DNA of 64,000 bases from a bacterium (GCA_021817905.1 JAKAFM010000002.1:3807-67806), one strand, 5' to 3'. Positions 40,132-50,820 are shown, numbered from the stretch's first letter. Translations and numbers: made by a program. Notes: generated by a model from the letters alone, not told the origin.

Positions 40132-41583
40132 ATGAGCTTAGATCTTGGTGAGGTCAGAACAACATGTCGTTGGGACCAATTGGCTGTGTTTATTAATGAT
40201 GATGAGATTAAAAATAGAGTTAAAAAAGCTTATGATTTTGCATTAGAACATCATGCTGGTCAAAAACGTGAATCAGGGGATGCTTATATTACTCACCCGT
40301 TATGGATTGCTAAAGTTGTTTCTCAGCTAGGTCTTGGTCATGAGGCAGTAATTGCGGCATTATTGCATGATTTATTGGAAGATACTAATGTATCTATTGA
40401 TGAAATTGCTGATAATTTCGGAGACGAAGTGGCATTGTTAGTACAGGGCTTGACTGATGTTTCCAAAAAGACAAAAGGAATTATTTTTCACCAAACTAAT
40501 ATTGAAGTTTTTAGAAATTTTTTATTCTCGTCAGTTAATGATGTCCGGATATTGATTATCAGATTGGTTGACAAACTTCACAATGGTCTGACAATCGAGG
40601 CTTTATCGCAAGAACGTCAGGAAAAATTTGCTCAGAGAATTTTTGGAGTTTATGGACCAATTTCAGAGTATGTGGGATTACACTTTTTTAAACAGCAATT
40701 AGAAGATATTGCCTTTAAAATTTTGTATCCAGATGAAGCCAAAAAATTAGAAAAATACCTTGAAAAACGAAGTAAAAATGAATATAAGGCACAAGTTTCG
40801 GTAATTGAGGATATTAACAAAGTGTTACAACTTAACAAAATCAGCGGTTTTGAAATCCAGTCACGAATAAAAAGTCTCTATTCTACGTATCTTAAAAAAG
40901 TTAAAAAAGATTATCGGGGGAACCGTCAATTTAAGGATCGTGTTGGAGTGAGAATATTGTTAAAAACAATTGAAGACTGTTACGTTGTATTAGGTTTAAT
41001 TCATGCGCAGTTTAAATATATTCCTGAAGAATTTCACGATTATATTTCAAATCCTAAACCAAATGGTTATCGGTCACTACAAACAACAGTTATGTGGCAT
41101 GCAACCTTGATGGTAGAAATTCAGATACGGACTTTTGAAATGCATGAGTTTAATGAATTTGGGCCCGCATCACACATTGCCTATAAAATGAGTAAAAATT
41201 TGACTCAAAGTCGAGGAATGGAATGGGTGGCAGATTTGGTTAAATGGCAAAGTACTAAAACGGTTAATAATTATCGAATTAGCGTATTAACAGAACACGT
41301 TTACATTTTTACACCTACTGGTGAGGTGATTCAGTTGCCTAAAGGAAGTAAACCGTTAGATTTTGCCTATCGATTACATAGTCATTTAGGAGATTACTGC
41401 AAAGGGGTATTGGTTAATAATAAGATGACAAAATTAGATAGCGAACTGAAGACTGGAGATGTGGTAATGATCTTGACTACGAACAAACTAATGGCTAAGC
41501 CTGGATGGCTTAACTTTGTAATAACTCCCGGGGCGAAGGAGCATTTGAGGAAATTAAGAAATGAGTTGAGGGATCAGCTATAA
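40132..41583 (+). CDS. rel: RelA/SpoT homolog (HD + synthetase + TGS, no ACT domain)
   Basis: 'HAGQKRESGDAYITHP', 'AALLHDLLED', 'RIKSLYS', 'PKPNGYRSL', 'EIQIRT', TGS 'FTPTG...LP.GS.PLDFAY..HS'. Confidence 0.92.
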   Translation: MSLDLGEVRTTCRWDQLAVFINDDEIKNRVKKAYDFALEHHAGQKRESGDAYITHPLWIAKVVSQLGLGHEAVIAALLHDLLEDTNVSIDEIADNFGDEVALLVQGLTDVSKKTKGIIFHQTNIEVFRNFLFSSVNDVRILIIRLVDKLHNGLTIEALSQERQEKFAQRIFGVYGPISEYVGLHFFKQQLEDIAFKILYPDEAKKLEKYLEKRSKNEYKAQVSVIEDINKVLQLNKISGFEIQSRIKSLYSTYLKKVKKDYRGNRQFKDRVGVRILLKTIEDCYVVLGLIHAQFKYIPEEFHDYISNPKPNGYRSLQTTVMWHATLMVEIQIRTFEMHEFNEFGPASHIAYKMSKNLTQSRGMEWVADLVKWQSTKTVNNYRISVLTEHVYIFTPTGEVIQLPKGSKPLDFAYRLHSHLGDYCKGVLVNNKMTKLDSELKTGDVVMILTTNKLMAKPGWLNFVITPGAKEHLRKLRNELRDQL

Positions 41584-41590
41584 TAGTCCC

Positions 41591-42742
41591 ATGACTATAG
41601 ATGAAAAAATAAAATTAATCACTCGAAACTGCGAAGAGATTATTACCTTGGAAGATCTACGGGAACTACTGGAAGATGGTACTCAATTGACTCACTATAT
41701 CGGTTTTGAGATTTCCGGGTTGGTCCATTTGGGAACAGGATATATTTCTATGGGCAAAATTGCTGATTTTTTAAAAGCAGGGGTTAAGTGCCAGATCTTT
41801 TTGGCAGATTTTCATACTTACCTTAATAATAAATTAGGCGGTAACCTTGATGATATTCGCTGGGCTGCTGGCGCATATTTTAAACAAGCATTGATTGGTT
41901 CGCTTAAGTGTCACCAGGTTGACGTTGAGGCAAGATTGGCGTCGGGTGATTTAACTTTTATACATGGTTTTGACTTATATAAAGATAACCTAGTCCACTG
42001 GGAGACATTTATGGAGGTGGGCAAACATGTAACTTTGTCAAGAAATATGCGCTCGATTTCGATTATGGGAAAAAAACAAGGTAATGATGTATCGATGGCA
42101 ACATTGTTTTACCCGCCGCTTCAAGTGGCTGATATTTACACTATGAGAGTTACTTTGGCTCACGCGGGGATGGATCAACGCAAGGCACATGTGGTGGCAC
42201 GACAAGTTGCTCATAATTTGGAGATAAATCCACTTTTGAATAGTAAGGGTCAGAAGATTGCCCCCGTAGCCATTCATCATAATCTGATAGCAGGATTGAC
42301 TGGTCCCGAAAAAGTAGATACAACGCAAGCGGCCGATGAAGTGGCAATTGATTTAAAGATGAGTAAATCAAAACCTAGTTCGGCTATTTTTGTTCACGAC
42401 AGCCCTGATGAAATTAAAGATAAGATCAGAAAAGCCTATGGACCGCCAAAAGATATTGCCTTTAATCCCCTCCTCAACTGGGTTAAAATTCTGGTGTTTT
42501 GGGGAGATGATAGTGGTAACTTTGTAATCAAAAGACCTGATAAATTCGGTGGTAATTTGAACTATACGAGCTATACAAAGCTTGAGAATGATTACGCTGA
42601 AGGAACACTTTTTCCACTGGACTTAAAAAATGCTCTAGCTGATTGGTTGATAAAAGTCTTAGAGCCGGCAAGAAAACATTTTGAAGTTGCTGAAAATTTG
42701 CAAGCTCTGGCAAAAATGAAGTCTCTTTTAACTCAGCAATGA
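41591..42742 (+). CDS. tyrS: tyrosine--tRNA ligase, archaeal/eukaryotic type
   Basis: 'YIGFEISGLVHLG', 'YPPLQVADI', 'GMDQRKAH..AR', 'KMSKS'; no S4-like C-terminal domain. Confidence 0.9.
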   Translation: MTIDEKIKLITRNCEEIITLEDLRELLEDGTQLTHYIGFEISGLVHLGTGYISMGKIADFLKAGVKCQIFLADFHTYLNNKLGGNLDDIRWAAGAYFKQALIGSLKCHQVDVEARLASGDLTFIHGFDLYKDNLVHWETFMEVGKHVTLSRNMRSISIMGKKQGNDVSMATLFYPPLQVADIYTMRVTLAHAGMDQRKAHVVARQVAHNLEINPLLNSKGQKIAPVAIHHNLIAGLTGPEKVDTTQAADEVAIDLKMSKSKPSSAIFVHDSPDEIKDKIRKAYGPPKDIAFNPLLNWVKILVFWGDDSGNFVIKRPDKFGGNLNYTSYTKLENDYAEGTLFPLDLKNALADWLIKVLEPARKHFEVAENLQALAKMKSLLTQQ

Positions 42743-43416
42743 GAAAACTTCTGGATAATCTGGGTCTAAAATTAGCCTTTATTTTGAGTTGGATTTTTTT
42801 TCGTAATAAACCAGCGGAGGTCGTATTCGATGAGGTATATAGACATAATATTTGGCGCGATAAAGAGTCTGTCTCTGGACCCGGTTCAAACCTGCGTGAG
42901 ACGGCGATTCTAAGGACTCAATTACCAAAACTACTGAAACAGTATTCCATTGCCAGTATATTGGATTTGCCTTGTGGCGACTTTAATTGGATGAGGATGC
43001 TTGATCTTGACGGTATTACTTATATTGGTGGGGACATTGTCGAGGCTATTGTTATTGAAAACCAAACAAAATATCACCAAAAAAATGTAGTATTTAAAAA
43101 AATCAATCTACTTGAAGATAAACTTCCCAAAGTCGATTTAATTTTATGTCGGGATTGTTTGGTTCATTTTTCCTATAAAGACATACATCGTGCTTTAGAA
43201 CAAATTAAAAATAGTGGAAGTACTTATTTGCTAACTACAACATATCCAGAAAAGAAAAATAAGGACATTGTGACCGGTGGTTGGCGGCCACTTAATTTAA
43301 ATTCGGCGCCCTTTTTATTACCCAAGCCAGAAGCCATTATTCCTGAAGGATGCAAAGAAATTAATGGGAGTAACAACGATAAATCACTTGGGTTATGGTC
43401 GATTTATGATTGGTAA
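42739..43416 (+). CDS. class I SAM-dependent methyltransferase
   Basis: 'SGPGS', motif I 'ILDLPCGDFNWM', 'DLILCRDCLVH'. Confidence 0.88.
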   Translation: MRKLLDNLGLKLAFILSWIFFRNKPAEVVFDEVYRHNIWRDKESVSGPGSNLRETAILRTQLPKLLKQYSIASILDLPCGDFNWMRMLDLDGITYIGGDIVEAIVIENQTKYHQKNVVFKKINLLEDKLPKVDLILCRDCLVHFSYKDIHRALEQIKNSGSTYLLTTTYPEKKNKDIVTGGWRPLNLNSAPFLLPKPEAIIPEGCKEINGSNNDKSLGLWSIYDW

Positions 43417-43424
43417 CTGTATTC

Positions 43425-43691
43425 TTATTTACTAGTACCACGCAACATAATTAAGTTAGCAAGTTTTTCTTCAGCTTGGGAAAGTATTTCGTTTGCATTT
43501 AGACAACCGGGGTCACCGCTTTTAAGTCTAGCTATAATGCTATTAGCTTCGGCGATTTCGTCGTTAAGATTTCGTTCGTCGGACAAGGCATTAGTCATTT
43601 GTCGATAGGCACAGATGTTAGTTACTCGACAGGAGTAACCGATTAGGCCAGGGGAACGACAAGTAGCATTATCAGGAGTGCTTGGTGACAT
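43425..43691 (-). CDS. small hypothetical protein (4 Cys)
   Basis: 88-aa ORF filling the gap 4 nt after the uvrC stop, same strand. Confidence 0.55.
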   Translation of the reverse strand: MSPSTPDNATCRSPGLIGYSCRVTNICAYRQMTNALSDERNLNDEIAEANSIIARLKSGDPGCLNANEILSQAEEKLANLIMLRGTSK

Positions 43692-43695
43692 AGGT

Positions 43696-44991
43696 TTATA
43701 TTTTACTATTTATAGTTCGACTAATCAATTCCTTTCGGTATCTATTGGCAAAACGATGTGCCTCATCGCGAAGTGATTGGAGCAACTTAAGCGCATTAGA
43801 ATCGTGTGGCAAATTAATTTCTATCCAATCGTTTTGATGTTTAATGACAATTGTTTCTAGACGTTTAGCTAAACCGATAATGGCAATATGGCTTAATGGC
43901 GATTCAGGAAAAGCTTTCAAAATTGTGTGAATGGCGCTAACTTGCGGTTTACCACCATCAACAACAATAATTTGAGGATATTCCCATTCATAATGTTTGA
44001 GCCGTCGAAAAACAACTTCTCGGATCATAAACTGATCATCTTGAGTATCTTTGGTTTTTATTTTAAATTTCCGGTATTCATTTTTATCGATGCCACTACC
44101 TTGAAAAACAACCATTGAACCGACAAAAAACTGTGGACCCAAATTAGAGATATCAAAGCATTCAAGACGGTAAAGACTGGTTAAAAATGGATAATAAGGT
44201 TGAAGAGTGGTGCGCAGCTCCTCAAGACTGCTACTCACCTTATCATCCATAATAGTAATATCTTGATATAAGGTATCGAGATGTTGCCATCCGGCAGTAA
44301 CATATTCCAGGGAATGTAATTGATCGCGAACCATGGCAGCTTTTTCGTATTCTTCAGCTTTGGAATAGTGCTTTAAATCTTTAGTCAGACTAAATTTTAT
44401 TTTGGTAAAATTTCCCATCAATATTGTTTTAATACGTTTAATGGAACGACGATATTGGAATTTATTTGGATTGGGACCAGGGCATAGCCCAAGATGGCAA
44501 TAAAAACATTTGGCTGGGCCATGATTTGGCTTGGTGTAAAATGGGAATATTTTTCGTAATGTCTTGAGAATAGTTCGAACAGCGGAACCATTAGGGAACG
44601 GTCCGAAGTAGGTGTCATTATCGAGATTTACAAATGATCGCTTAGCGGCATAAATACATGGCAGCTTGTCTTTGGAAATAACAATATAGGTGTAGCTTTT
44701 ATCATCTTTGAGTTGAGAATTATATTTTGGTTTAAACTTTTTGATTAGACTGGCTTCTAAAACTAAGGCTTCAATTTCTGAACCTACGTTTCTAGTATCA
44801 ATGTGATCAATTTCTGCCACCAAGGAGGCAGTTTTGGGGCCGAGAGCGTCGTCACGTTGAAAATATTGGGAAACACGGCGTTTAAGATCAATAGCTTTAC
44901 CAACGTAAATGATTGTTCCGGCTTTGTTTTTGTAGATGTAAACGCCGGGAGTATGGGGAAGAGTTTTTAGTATGTCTGTAAAATTAGTCAT
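43696..44991 (-). CDS. uvrC: excinuclease UvrC (short form, no C-terminal HhH)
   Basis: GIY-YIG 'PGVY...IYVGKA..LKRRVSQYF', Cys cluster, UVR motif, RNase H-like 'ECFDISN', 'VVDGGKPQ', 'RDEAHRFA'. Start ATG 44991. Confidence 0.95.
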   Translation of the reverse strand: MTNFTDILKTLPHTPGVYIYKNKAGTIIYVGKAIDLKRRVSQYFQRDDALGPKTASLVAEIDHIDTRNVGSEIEALVLEASLIKKFKPKYNSQLKDDKSYTYIVISKDKLPCIYAAKRSFVNLDNDTYFGPFPNGSAVRTILKTLRKIFPFYTKPNHGPAKCFYCHLGLCPGPNPNKFQYRRSIKRIKTILMGNFTKIKFSLTKDLKHYSKAEEYEKAAMVRDQLHSLEYVTAGWQHLDTLYQDITIMDDKVSSSLEELRTTLQPYYPFLTSLYRLECFDISNLGPQFFVGSMVVFQGSGIDKNEYRKFKIKTKDTQDDQFMIREVVFRRLKHYEWEYPQIIVVDGGKPQVSAIHTILKAFPESPLSHIAIIGLAKRLETIVIKHQNDWIEINLPHDSNALKLLQSLRDEAHRFANRYRKELISRTINSKI

Positions 44992-47689
44992 GAAGTGTTT
45001 TCTTAAGATACTGACCAGTATATGATGATTTACAGGCCATGATGTCCTCAATAGTACCGGTAGCGACAACATAACCGCCTTTATCACCACCTTCGGGACC
45101 CATGTCGATAATCCAATCAGCATTTTTAATAACATCAAGATTATGTTCAATGACAACCACCGTATTACCTTTATCGACCAATTGACGGAGAACGCCAATT
45201 AGTTTGTCGACATCGTAAAAATGAAGGCCAGTGGTTGGTTCATCAAGTACATACAAGGTGTGACCTTCGGAACGTTTGACTAGTTCGCGGCTAATTTTGA
45301 GTCGCTGTGACTCCCCTCCCGATAAGGTGTTAGAAGGTTGACCAAGCTCAAGATATCCAAGACCAACCGCTTGGATAGTTTCTAACTTACGTCGTAAAGT
45401 AGTGATGTTTTTAAAAAATTCGTGGGCTTCGTCAACGGTAAGCCTGAGCATTTCGGCGACATTTTTTCCCTTATATTCAACTTCTAGTGTCTCCTCTTTG
45501 AAACGGCTTCCGTGGCACTCATCACAGGTGACATAAATATCGGGAAGAAATTGCATTTCAATTTTGATTTGCCCTTGGCCTTGGCAAACTTCGCATCTAC
45601 CACCCTTGGTATTGAATGAAAAACGGCCGATATTGTAGCCACGGATGGCACTTTCGGTGGTTTGCGAAAGCAAATCGCGGATGTGGTCAAATATTTTTGT
45701 ATAAGTAGCAGGATTACTTCGAGGAGTACGACCTATCGGTGACTGATCGACTAGTAAGACATCAGTAAGATTGTCGGTGCCGATTAATTTATCAAATTTA
45801 CCTATGTTACCTTTAAATTCACTGTCTAATTTCTTTTTAACGCCAGCATATAAGGTGTCATGGATTAACGTAGATTTACCGGAGCCGGAAACGCCAGTAA
45901 CGAACACTAGCTTATTGAGAGGAAATTCGACATTGATATTTTTTAGATTCCATTGATGGCCATTAACGACACTAATTTTATTATTATTAGTACTTTTTTT
46001 GAGTTTAATTGGCGATTCATATCGTAAATCAGAAGAAAGGCTGGGGGCAGTGACTTTTAGTTTTCCTGATAAATATTTTCCAGTAAGAGATGCTTTGTTG
46101 GCCATTATTTGATCAAGAGAACCCTGGGCAATGATTTGGCCACCATTTTTGCCGGCAAAAGGCCCAAAGTCAATAATGTGATCAGCATTGCGAATAACGT
46201 CCTCATCGTGCTCGACGACGACAACCGTATTGCCCAATTCCTTTAATTTTTTGAGAGTAGCGATAAGACGATCGTTGTCACGGGAATGAAGTCCAATGGT
46301 CGGTTCATCAAGAATATAAAGGACCCCCGTTAAACCAGTACCGATTTGAGAAGCTAAACGAATACGTTGAGACTCACCACTGGATAATGTTCCGGCTTCT
46401 CGATCGACGGTTAGATAATCAAGTCCAACTGCTAATAGAAATTCAAGACGAGCACTTATTTCTTTGTTAATAGGAATCACGATTTCTTTTTCTTTGTCAC
46501 TAACCAGGATTGTATCTAGCGATTTGACCCAGCTGGTTAAGTGCTCAATAGATAGTCGACTAATCTCATAAATATTTTTATCAGTAATATGAACTGACAG
46601 TGCCTCGGGGTTTAACCTAGAGCCGTGACAAACATCACAGGCTTCCTTAATCATTAATTTTTCAATTTCTTCACGAACTGAATCATTGGGGGCATTAAAG
46701 AAACGGCTTTCCAAATATTTTGCTTTCCACTCAGGAACTTTGGCGCGATCGACTTGATATTTCGTACCAAGCCCTTTACATTCCGGGCAAGCACCTTGTG
46801 GGGAATTAAAGGAAAATAATCGTGGTTCTATGGCTGGAAGCGAAAGATTACAGACAGGACAGGCATAATTTTCAGAATAAAGAGTATCTTTGACAAGGGT
46901 TGGTTGGTCTGGAAAATTAAAGGCAGTGTCTTCGACTTTACCAACAATGACTAAACCGTTTGAAAGTTTCATAGCAACTTCGACGTCATCAATTAATCGA
47001 GTATAAATGTTGTTGCGATCTTGGAGGGTATCTTTGGTGATTGAAACGCGGTCAATAATAGCATCAATATCATGCTTGTTGGTTTTGGCAACACCAAAGT
47101 CGGCATATAAATCAATACATTTATTGTCTACCCGCAACCACTTATATCCCTGTTTTCTAATATTTTCGATTAAACCACGAAAATCACCAGCACGGTTGCG
47201 TACTAGTGGGGCTAAAAGCAGGAAACGATATGGGGTACTATTGGTCGTAGATTCTTGGGCAATATCGAGTATGTGTGTCACAATTTGCTTGCTGGTTTGA
47301 GGAATGACTTCACGACCACAGTTTGGACAGTGAGGGTGGCCAATGCGGGCAAACAAAAGGCGTAAGTAATCATATATTTCAGTAACTGTGCCGACAGTCG
47401 AACGGGGATTATGGGAAATGGCTTTTTGATTGATAGCGATGGCGGGAGATAAGCCTTCTATGAGGTCAACGTCTGGTCTTTTCATGTTTCCCAGGAATTG
47501 ACGAGCATACGAGGACAAACTTTCGACATAACGTCGCTGACCCTCGGCAAAAAGTGTATCAAAGGCCATGCTGGATTTACCAGATCCTGAAACACCCGTA
47601 AAAACAATCAACTTGTCTTTGGGAATCTCGAAAGAAACGTCTTTGAGATTATTTTCACGAGCGCCTTTGATGATAATTTTGTCGAGCAT
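44984..47689 (-). CDS. uvrA: excinuclease UvrA
   Basis: Two ABC modules ([18 protein letters not shown]), '[17 protein letters not shown]', zinc fingers, 'LDEPTTGLH'. Confidence 0.98.
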   Translation of the reverse strand: MLDKIIIKGARENNLKDVSFEIPKDKLIVFTGVSGSGKSSMAFDTLFAEGQRRYVESLSSYARQFLGNMKRPDVDLIEGLSPAIAINQKAISHNPRSTVGTVTEIYDYLRLLFARIGHPHCPNCGREVIPQTSKQIVTHILDIAQESTTNSTPYRFLLLAPLVRNRAGDFRGLIENIRKQGYKWLRVDNKCIDLYADFGVAKTNKHDIDAIIDRVSITKDTLQDRNNIYTRLIDDVEVAMKLSNGLVIVGKVEDTAFNFPDQPTLVKDTLYSENYACPVCNLSLPAIEPRLFSFNSPQGACPECKGLGTKYQVDRAKVPEWKAKYLESRFFNAPNDSVREEIEKLMIKEACDVCHGSRLNPEALSVHITDKNIYEISRLSIEHLTSWVKSLDTILVSDKEKEIVIPINKEISARLEFLLAVGLDYLTVDREAGTLSSGESQRIRLASQIGTGLTGVLYILDEPTIGLHSRDNDRLIATLKKLKELGNTVVVVEHDEDVIRNADHIIDFGPFAGKNGGQIIAQGSLDQIMANKASLTGKYLSGKLKVTAPSLSSDLRYESPIKLKKSTNNNKISVVNGHQWNLKNINVEFPLNKLVFVTGVSGSGKSTLIHDTLYAGVKKKLDSEFKGNIGKFDKLIGTDNLTDVLLVDQSPIGRTPRSNPATYTKIFDHIRDLLSQTTESAIRGYNIGRFSFNTKGGRCEVCQGQGQIKIEMQFLPDIYVTCDECHGSRFKEETLEVEYKGKNVAEMLRLTVDEAHEFFKNITTLRRKLETIQAVGLGYLELGQPSNTLSGGESQRLKISRELVKRSEGHTLYVLDEPTTGLHFYDVDKLIGVLRQLVDKGNTVVVIEHNLDVIKNADWIIDMGPEGGDKGGYVVATGTIEDIMACKSSYTGQYLKKTLHD

Positions 47690-47743
47690 ATAGGCAATAA
47701 AATATCCCCTAACGGGGGCCTTTATATCTAGTAATAAAGTACT

Positions 47744-47778
47744 TTTATTATAGCAGATGTTTGGGTTTTATTTGGGTA
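47744..47778 (-). promoter_or_regulatory. uvrA promoter element (copy 1)
   Basis: TACCCAAATAAAA-N10-TGCTATAATAAA on the minus strand; extended -10 TGnTATAAT; 30/35 identical to 50821-50855. Confidence 0.7.
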
Positions 47779-47811
47779 ATATTAATTTGAAGTTGTGATA
47801 TGATTTATATT

Positions 47812-48102
47812 GTGAGAGAGAGGAGAATCAATAAAATTTTTTCTCAGGTTCAATTTTATAAATTAGATACTTGGATAGGTGCCTTAACTGGTCCTTATAA
47901 TCAGGAAAATTGTGAGTGTGGTGATGATGTAGTAGTAGGTGGTTCTAGTTGGGGACGTTTTACTGCTACTGCCGGTGATCCAGAGTTAAGAGCAAAAGAA
48001 ATTAAAATACTTAATGGAAAAATTACATTAATCGTGGGGAGACGTAATATTTCTGATCTTAAAAGAGAATTAGATGAAAATGGTTGCCTTGAAGAGAAAT
48101 GA
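47812..48102 (+). CDS. small hypothetical protein
   Basis: ORF 47800-48102; GTG 47812 preferred because TATGAT lies 7 nt upstream. Confidence 0.55.
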   Translation: MRERRINKIFSQVQFYKLDTWIGALTGPYNQENCECGDDVVVGGSSWGRFTATAGDPELRAKEIKILNGKITLIVGRRNISDLKRELDENGCLEEK

Positions 48103-48163
48103 AAGTTTATTTCAGGTGAATTTGTGTTTTTGGGGTAATAAGTGTGGGTGGTATAATTCGTCC

Positions 48164-48481
48164 ATGATCCCTGTAAAACTTTTAATTGGATATGACAACA
48201 AAGAAGGTTGTAAAAGTTGTTCGGTAGTAGAGGCTATAGTTGATGAGATTAAAAAACGTCCTAACGTAAAACGGATAACTTTGGCTGGTCCCGTTGATTT
48301 GTTTGACTGTGAGTTTATAGCTTCGAAAACTGATGAAAATGGATTGAGTTATCATGCGGGAACTTTTTCTATTCCGGTTTGTAGGGTGTGCAAGGGTGCT
48401 GAACCTAAAGAAAAAGCCGTGAAAGTTAATGAGTTAAACCAGCTTGGATCACTTTTTAACAGATACGAGGTTTTGATCTAG
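48164..48481 (+). CDS. small hypothetical protein with two CxxC motifs
   Basis: TATAAT 6 nt before ATG 48164; CKSC and CRVC. Confidence 0.65.
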   Translation: MIPVKLLIGYDNKEGCKSCSVVEAIVDEIKKRPNVKRITLAGPVDLFDCEFIASKTDENGLSYHAGTFSIPVCRVCKGAEPKEKAVKVNELNQLGSLFNRYEVLI

Positions 48482-48786
48482 TGTACTTTTTTTGGCACTA
48501 TAGTATTCTGGCTAAGGACAGCATGAGTAGTGCATCTGAGTCTGATTACTTTAGTTTCTGGTGTAGCTGGTCGAACTATACCAGTTAACTCCGATACGTT
48601 TATTCGTTGTATGTTGCATTCTGGATACTGATGGACTAGTGTAAATTCTTCCAAAGTAAGATCTTTGCGGTGAGTTAATTCACCTTTAATTTGTCTACGG
48701 GCACTATTAGGTGTAAGTGAAAGCTTTTGAAGTTCAAGAAGTTCGCTGACTGGTGCTTGATGTAACTCTGCTTCTGTTAATTCCAC
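48478..48786 (-). CDS. small hypothetical protein
   Basis: 102 aa, GTG start with TAAAAT 9 nt upstream; follows uvrB. Confidence 0.55.
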   Translation of the reverse strand: MELTEAELHQAPVSELLELQKLSLTPNSARRQIKGELTHRKDLTLEEFTLVHQYPECNIQRINVSELTGIVRPATPETKVIRLRCTTHAVLSQNTIVPKKVH

Positions 48787-48815
48787 ACCTTACTTATTTT
48801 ACACTATTGTAATGA

Positions 48816-50816
48816 TCAGATTGTTTCGATCTCTCTAATTCGATCTCTAATCTTAATAGCTTCTTCAAAGTTCATATCAGCGGCCAGGGTACGCATTTCC
48901 CGGCGCAGCTTGGAAATATGGGTTTTACGTTGAGGCGGAGTTAACGATGAGGGGTCAATAGACAGCAATGGTTCTTGAGCTTTTTCAATTTCCGGATTTT
49001 CGATAATCTTTGGACGGATAGATTTGATTATAGTTTGAGGAGTGATACCGTGTTTTTCGTTGTAGGCTAGCTGCAAAGTCCGACGGCGATTGACTTCGGC
49101 AATGGCTGCTTTCATAGCCGGTGAAACAATGTCAGCATAAAGAATAACTTGGCCACTAACATGGCGCGAAGCTCGACCCATAATTTGGATGAGGGAAGAT
49201 CGGGAGCGTAAAAAACCTTGTTGGCCGGCGTCAAGAATAGCGACTAAACTAACCTCGGGTAAATCAAGTCCTTCCCGCAAAAGATTGATACCGACTAAAA
49301 CGTCATAATTGCCGTTGCGTAAATTATCAAGAATAGTGGAACGCTCGAGAGTGTCGATGTCGGAATGGAGATAGGCAACTTTAAAAGGGGTAGCAGTGTT
49401 AAGCGGATTGGCTAAATATTCGGATAATTCTTCGGCCATACGTTTGGTAATGGTTACTACTAGGACGCGTTCTTTTTTATCAACCCGTTTTTTAATTTCG
49501 GCTATCAGATCTGGAATTTGATTATTGGTTTGATGAATGGTTATTGGTGGGTCAACCAGACCAGTTGGCCGAATTAATTGTTCAATAACCTGTTCTTGAG
49601 ATTCTTTTATTTCGTAGTCATTGGGGGTGGCAGAAACATAAATGACATTGCTAATTTTATTGTAAAACTCATCATATTTAAGAGGGCGATTATCAAAAGC
49701 TGAAGGTAAGCGAAATCCATAATCGACTAATGTTTGCTTGCGAGCTAGATCCCCGGCATACATGCCTCTAATTTGGGGGACAGAAACATGAGACTCATCA
49801 ATAATAGTCAAGAAATTATCGCCCCACAAATGGCGAAAATAATCCACTAGTGTATAAGGCGGATCACCGGGTTGCCGATTTTGTTCAAAATAGATTGAAT
49901 AATTCTCAATACCGTTAATGTAACCTACCTCTTGGAGCATCTCTAAATCATATTCAACTCTTTGTTCAAGTCGGTAGGCTTCCAGCATTTTACCTTTGGC
50001 CTTAAAGTCGGCAATGCTTTTTTCCTTATCGGCGCGAATTTTCTCAAAAATTTGTTGTTGATCGGGACCATTACCACTGACATACTGTTTGGCGGGAAAC
50101 AGGGTGAAATGGGTTTCAACAAATTCTTTACCGGTCATGGGATGACGTTGGATTATTTTTTTGATTTGATCATTTTCGATATCTAAAACAACAATCCAAT
50201 CTTGATAGGCAGGCCATATCTCGATAGTTTCTCCCCTGACCCGAAAAGTTCCCCGTTTAAATTCCATATCGGAACGGGTGTAGAAAAGGCTAACTATATT
50301 TTCCAGTAATTTGCGACGATTCCAAATTTGATTAATTTCAAAGTTAATGATTTTGCCACTAAATTCAATTGGGTCACCGATGTTATAAATACAACTTACC
50401 GAGGCAACAATAATATTGTCAGGTCCAGAGAATAAATTTGAAGTAGCTTCCAGCCGAAGCTTGTCGATTAAATCGTTGATATCAACCTCCTTGGCGATAT
50501 AAGTGTCAGTTGAGGGAATATAGGCTTCAGGTTGATAGTAATCATAGTAGGAAACAAAATATGAGACCTTGTTGGTAGGAAAAAGTTCTTTAAATTCCTG
50601 ATAGAGTTGACCAGCGAGGGTTTTGTTGTGGGAGATGACTAACGTTGGTAATTGGGTATTTTGGATAATGTTGGCAATAGTAAAAGTCTTGCCTGATCCA
50701 GTGACCCCGAGAAGAGTTTGGTGATGGTGGCCATCTTTAATACCGTCGGTTAATTTGGCGATAGCTTGGGGTTGATCACCAGCAGGTTGATAAGATGAAT
50801 TGAGGACGAAAGGCAT
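48816..50816 (-). CDS. uvrB: excinuclease UvrB
   Basis: 'GVTGSGKT', 'YYDYYQPEAY', 'IDESH', 'GINLLREGLDLPEV', C-terminal UVR 'FEEAIKIRD'. Confidence 0.98.
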   Translation of the reverse strand: MPFVLNSSYQPAGDQPQAIAKLTDGIKDGHHHQTLLGVTGSGKTFTIANIIQNTQLPTLVISHNKTLAGQLYQEFKELFPTNKVSYFVSYYDYYQPEAYIPSTDTYIAKEVDINDLIDKLRLEATSNLFSGPDNIIVASVSCIYNIGDPIEFSGKIINFEINQIWNRRKLLENIVSLFYTRSDMEFKRGTFRVRGETIEIWPAYQDWIVVLDIENDQIKKIIQRHPMTGKEFVETHFTLFPAKQYVSGNGPDQQQIFEKIRADKEKSIADFKAKGKMLEAYRLEQRVEYDLEMLQEVGYINGIENYSIYFEQNRQPGDPPYTLVDYFRHLWGDNFLTIIDESHVSVPQIRGMYAGDLARKQTLVDYGFRLPSAFDNRPLKYDEFYNKISNVIYVSATPNDYEIKESQEQVIEQLIRPTGLVDPPITIHQTNNQIPDLIAEIKKRVDKKERVLVVTITKRMAEELSEYLANPLNTATPFKVAYLHSDIDTLERSTILDNLRNGNYDVLVGINLLREGLDLPEVSLVAILDAGQQGFLRSRSSLIQIMGRASRHVSGQVILYADIVSPAMKAAIAEVNRRRTLQLAYNEKHGITPQTIIKSIRPKIIENPEIEKAQEPLLSIDPSSLTPPQRKTHISKLRREMRTLAADMNFEEAIKIRDRIREIETI

Positions 50817-50820
50817 GATA

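Noticed and set aside
44992-45198. 69-aa N-terminal extension of UvrC in the ORF track (similar extensions for 7294, 25158, 28522, 34828, 48074)
   Set aside because: Extensions overlap neighbouring genes; homology and -10 boxes or stop/start overlaps point to downstream starts.
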